Origin: Craspedostauros australis
Taxonomy: Eukaryota
Length of the DNA: 35,514 bases
Assembly (NCBI GenBank): GCA_030167865.1
Contig: JALAGF010002830.1
Location: 1 to 35,514 of the forward strand
Reading direction: 5' to 3'
In this document: piece by piece, positions 30,540 to 35,514 of the stretch
How the letters are laid out: every line of letters begins with the position of its first letter
Numbering within the stretch: position 1 is the first letter of the stretch
Notes under the pieces: model-generated
Database searches by the model: none
Told to the model about the DNA's origin: nothing
Seen by the model: the letters and a program-made list of their open reading frames with translations, nothing else
Position numbers and translations under genes: made by a program

Positions 30540-33500
30540 AAGCCGTAACAAACCATGCGCGCCATTCAACAAGCCCGCCAAGTTCGAAGGTGCGTGCCCT
30601 GACCTCAAGGGACACGTCTTTGACTGCGTTGCCATCCGAGCCAAGCAAGTGGACGAATACACGAAGACACTGGAGGCCATCACCACCTATGTGGGCACAC
30701 AGTACGGGCCAGTGGTCAGCATGGCAGTGGAGAACCTCACGGAGCCCACCATCGACGAACCGGACGACTACCCAGACGACGCAACGGACATCATGAAGGA
30801 GAAGTGGAAGCGAAAGTATGCGCTGTATACCAGCCGACTCATCAACGCAGAGACAGACTACCAGAAGGTGTACTCGCTCATCTGGGGCCAATGCTCCAAC
30901 GTCATGCGCACCCGAATCCAGGAAGCCGATGACTACTCTACAACATCCAGCAGCCGCGACACCACAGCCCTCATCCAAACCATCAAGAACGTGGTGTTCA
31001 ACTACCAAACCCACGAGCAGGGAACGGTCGCCGCGTGTCTAATCATGCAAGAGCTCATGGGGCTGCGCCAGAAGCGGCGACAAACGGTCCAGGAGTACTA
31101 CGAGTCCTTCGTCAACCTGGCTGAGGTCAACGACTCCGTTGACACGTCCATCACACAAGTGGGATGCATCATCGCAGCCATCACCAAGAAACGGGACATC
31201 ACTACGCCCACCACGGCACAAAAGAAGGTCATCCAAGCTGACGCAAAACAACAATTCCTTGCCGTGCAGTTCATCCTTGGGGCGGACCGACACCGCTTCG
31301 GATCCCTCCTGGAGGAACTGCGCAACGACCAAATCAAAGGGTCGGACCGGTACCCCACGACCATGGTTGCAGCACTCACCATGCTCAACCATTGGTCAAA
31401 GGATCCGCGCAACGTGCCAGGCATCCACACACCCAAGGACACAGGCATGGCGTTTGTCAACGCCGACAACAACAAGGAAGCATGTACTCGGTGTGGGCGA
31501 ACCAACCACTCCATCGAACAGTGCCATGCCAAGTACCACAGCAACGGAACCATCCTCGTGCACACAACGGAGGACGTCACCGATAACGACTTCGTCTTCC
31601 TCCACACTCACCTACCTGGTTACACCGCACATGCATACAACCAAAACACCAGCATCATTCCGCGCACATGGATTCTGCTGGACAACCAATCAACGGTGGA
31701 TGTCTTCAGCAACCATCATCTGCTGAAAGACATCCACACCACAGAGAACGGATTGACCATCCACTGCAATGCAGGCACTGCCACCACCAACCAACGTGGC
31801 ACTCTTCCTGGATACGGCGATGTATGGTACCACCCCACCGGTGTCGCCAACATCCTGTCACTCAGCAAGGTGAAGGGTCGCTTCCGCGTTACATACGACA
31901 GCACAGGCACCAACAGCTTCACCGTACACAAGGATGACGGGTCAACGCAATCCTTCCGCGAATCCGACGGCGGACTGTTCTACCTCGACACCGGCGAGCA
32001 CACTGGAGTGGCCATGATCAACACCGTAGCTGATAACCGAAATAGCTTCTCATCATTTGACTATTCTCAGGCCAAACTGGCCCGGTCTATCCAACAGCGT
32101 ATAGGGCGTCCTACCTCGCGCAACTTCATCAAATATGTGCGAAACGGAATGATCCCCAACTGTCCCATCACTACAAAGGACATTCGCACAGCTGACCTCA
32201 TCTTTGGCCCAGACGTGGCATCCCTGAAAGGGAAGACAGTCAGACAGGTGTTCCCTGCTGTCCGTGCACAGATCGCGCAACTCCCAGCGAACATCATGCA
32301 ACAGTACCGAGACGTGCAGCTGTCTGTCGACATCATGTTTGTCAACGGCATCAAGTTTCTGGTGTCAATCGCCAAGCACATCAAATTCGGAACTGTCACC
32401 AAACTCGATTCCATGAGCAACAAACACCTCGCCACACAATTCACCAAAATCATCCAACTCTACACACAACGAGGGTTCCGAGTCAGCATCGTGATGGTTG
32501 ACAACCAGTTCGAATCCCTTCGTGGCGACCTGGCAGACCATGGAGTTGGTGTCAACGTCACATCACGTGATGAACATGTGCCAGAGGTCGAGCGGTACAT
32601 CCGCACCATCAAAGAAAGGACCAGATCCACCTACCATTCCCTGCCATTCAAGCGCTATCCACCAATGCTCATCATTGAGATGGTGAACCATGCAGTGTTT
32701 TGGCTCAACATGTTCCCTCACTCAAACGGAGTGAGCAAGCGCATGAGCCCATCGGAGATCGTGGTTGGGCGCAAGCTCAGCTACAACGCACACTGTCGCA
32801 TTGAGTTTGGCAGCTACGTGCATACTCATGAACAGCACGACAACACCATGCAACCAAGGACCGTCGGAGCCCTTGCGCTCAGGCCATCTGGCAATGACCA
32901 AGGGGGACACGTTTTCTTCAGTCTTGAAACCGGAATGCGCATTCATCGGCGTTCGTGGACTGAGATACCCATGACACAAGCTGTGATTGACCGCGTCCAC
33001 AACATGGCCAAGACAGCCAAAGCAAACAAAAAGCTGCATTTCTCCACCCAACACGGACTCGAACTGTATCCGGTGGTCGATGCAAAAGGAGATGAGGATG
33101 ACCAACACGACACCAACGGCAATGATGGTGACGACAGTGACGACAGTGACGACGACGCGTCCAGCAGCGAAGACGACGAAAGTGACGATGAATCAGAAGA
33201 CACCGATGAAGCGGCATCAGATGACGAATCTGACGACAGCGATGACGATGGAAGCAATGACGATGACAACGATGACGATGACAGCGATGACGACGACAGC
33301 GATGACGACGACAGCGACGGCGAAGGTGATGACGACGATGCCAGCGACGAGGATGTGGATGATGACCCAATCGACGCGGCAATGGCCATACCACCACCCA
33401 TCGCACCCGTTGATGAACACACTGGAGCAGACATCGTACCGGAGGATGGTAACAATGAGCAACCCGCCATTGAGCCTGTCCCTGTCAGCACCTCCACTCA

Positions 33501-35176
33501 TCGGATGACAACACGACGTGGCCCACGCATTGACTATAGTCAGCTCCATCGCACAGGACGGGGCGACACACACGCAACGGTCACCATTCTCTCAGAAGAC
33601 CCAAACAAGGAGACCGACAGCGGACACGATGCATGCACATTCCTCACGGAACAGATGAACTGGAAACAGGGAATCAAACTGTTTAACCAACGGGGAGAGG
33701 ACGCGATCAGCAAAGAGTTGGAGCAGGTGCACGAGATGGAAGGTTTCGAACCAAAACATTGGCACGAGCTGACCCAGCAGGAGCGGTCCAGGTCCCTACG
33801 TTACCTCATGTACCTGAAGGAAAAACGGAACGGGATCATCAAGGGGCGGGGGTGTGCCGACGGACGGAAGCAACGGCTATACCTCACAAAGGAGGAGACC
33901 AGCTCCCCCACAGTGTCCCTGCTTGGACTGATGCTCACATGTGTGATCGACGCACACGAAGGGCGGGATGTCGCAACCGTTGACGTTCCTGGTGCTTTCC
34001 TACAAACCAAATTCGATGACGGCGATATTGTGCACGTGCTCATCGAGGGCCGTATGGCAGAACTGCTTGCAAAAGTGGCACCGGACGTATACGCCGATTA
34101 CGTACACAAGAAGCGTGGACAATCCGCCATCTACGTGAAGCTAACAAAGGCGCTGTATGGCACGCTGAAGGCAGCATTGCAGTGGTGGAAAGACTTGACA
34201 GCCACACTCGTCGCAGACGGGTTCGTTGTCAACCCCTACGACTGATGTGTGGCCAACAAGACGGTGGATGGCAGCCAGTGCACAGTTGTCTGGCACGTCG
34301 ATGACTTGAAGATATCCCACACCAAACCATCGGTGGTAACAGGAGTAATCGACATGCTCAACAAGGCCTACGGCAGCCGCACACCACTCACCGTGCACAG
34401 AGGACAACAACATGACTATCTTGGAATGACCCTCGACTACACACAACCAGGAGAAGTGCGAATCAACATGAAGGAGTACATCGATGGCATTCTTGCAGGA
34501 GTGCCTGCCAACATGTCCGGGCAGGCAGTGACGCCCGCCGCCAACCACTTGTTCGAAGTGAACGACATCAATCCAACACTTCTCGATGACGACACGCGAG
34601 AGATGTTTCACCACATTGTGGCGAAACTACTCTTCTTGTGTAAACGAGCACGCCCGGACATTCAGACGGCTGTCTCCTTCCTCTGCACCAGGGTGCAAAG
34701 TCCCGATGAGGATGACTACAAGAAACTAGCACGTACGATCAAGTACTTGCGCGGAACGCGTGACATCATGCTCACTCTGGGTGGATCCAGCCTCTGCGAC
34801 GTCCAGTGGTGGGTTGACGGCGCCTTCGGTGTGCACAACGACATGCAGAGCCATACAGGGGCACACATGTCAACAGGAGCCGGGGCCATTTATGCAACCT
34901 CATCCAAGCAAAAGCTAAACACGAAAAGCTCCACTGAGGCAGAACTGGTCGCCGTTGATGACGTAATGCCACAAGTTCTGTGGGCACGTTATTTCCTGCA
35001 AGAACAAGGAATCACAACCAAGCCGTCCGTGATCCATCAGGACAATCAAAGTGCAATGCTCCTTGAGAACAACGGACGCAGATCAAGCGGCAAACGAACC
35101 CGCCATATCAACATCCGATACTTCTTCGTACATGACAGGATCAGCAACAACGAAGTTGCTGTCGCATACCTTCCAC
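30418..35176 (+). pseudogene. Copia gag-pol polyprotein with in-frame TGA at 34243..34245 and truncated RNase H
   Basis: Zn knuckle CTRCGRTNHSIEQC; protease WILLDNQST; integrase D (SVDIMF), D (MVDNQF), E (PEVERYIRTIKER); RT KGRGCADG, DVPGAFL, KALYG, NPYD*CV, WHVDDL; RNase H VDGAF, SSTEAELV, QDNQSA, RHINIRYFF. The two ORFs 30403..34245 and 34249..35241 share one frame. Confidence 0.9.
30475..30537 (+). repeat. (AAC)21 microsatellite encoding poly-Asn at the Gag N-terminus
   Basis: Read directly; perfect repeat, in frame. Confidence 0.95.
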
Positions 35177-35514
35177 CTCACTCACTCGGCAAACCGATAG
35201 CACTAGTTGTAGAGTTTTTGCTGTTTTTCTGGCCAGAATGACTCGTGTTTGGATGATCCCGGGAGTATCGGCAATGCTCCCAACACTACAGTTTCTAAAA
35301 CCAACGAGTGGCCAGTGGCGTGACTGGTCGCAACTCACAAAACTGAGCAACAGAGGTTTGCGTTGTTGTCGAACACCCATCATCATCTAATGGTATCACA
35401 CCTGTCCCCTCTCCACCTCTATATCCTTGATGCTAATACTTTTTCTAATTCTACTAATAGGCTTCGTTTCCTTCTCCTCGTAGGCGTTGCTGCTGTGGGT
35501 CTGTGTGTTGCCCA

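Larger units (their letters stand above)
30110..35176 (+). mobile_element. Ty1/copia LTR retrotransposon (CoDi-like), 3'-interrupted
   Basis: Domain order Gag - protease - integrase - RT - RNase H is diagnostic of copia. A candidate 5' LTR precedes gag; no matching 3' LTR lies within the window. Confidence 0.93.

Noticed and set aside
35237-35248. 12-mer AATGACTCGTGT identical to 25175..25186
   Set aside because: A match of this length is expected by chance and the flanks do not extend it.

Overview
Eukaryotic nuclear DNA with GT-AG introns and GC3-rich exons. The gene families (CoDi-like copia element, HSF style, RGLE-family protein) suggest a diatom or related stramenopile, which is an inference. 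The main result is a compact anaerobic formate module. A two-exon minus-strand gene (4870..4268 joined to 3916..1196, about 1107 aa) encodes pyruvate formate-lyase fused in frame to its own radical-SAM activating enzyme. It lies head-to-head, about 2.1 kb away, from a formate/nitrite transporter (6947..8422), which mirrors the bacterial focA-pflB-pflA gene set. Downstream are a CDP-diacylglycerol synthase, a two-exon RGLE-motif protein, a two-exon heat-shock transcription factor, a 2199-aa kinesin-fold coiled-coil protein with eroded ATPase motifs, and a low-complexity unknown protein. The window ends with a Ty1/copia LTR retrotransposon that has a candidate 5' LTR, one in-frame stop in RT and an abruptly interrupted RNase H.
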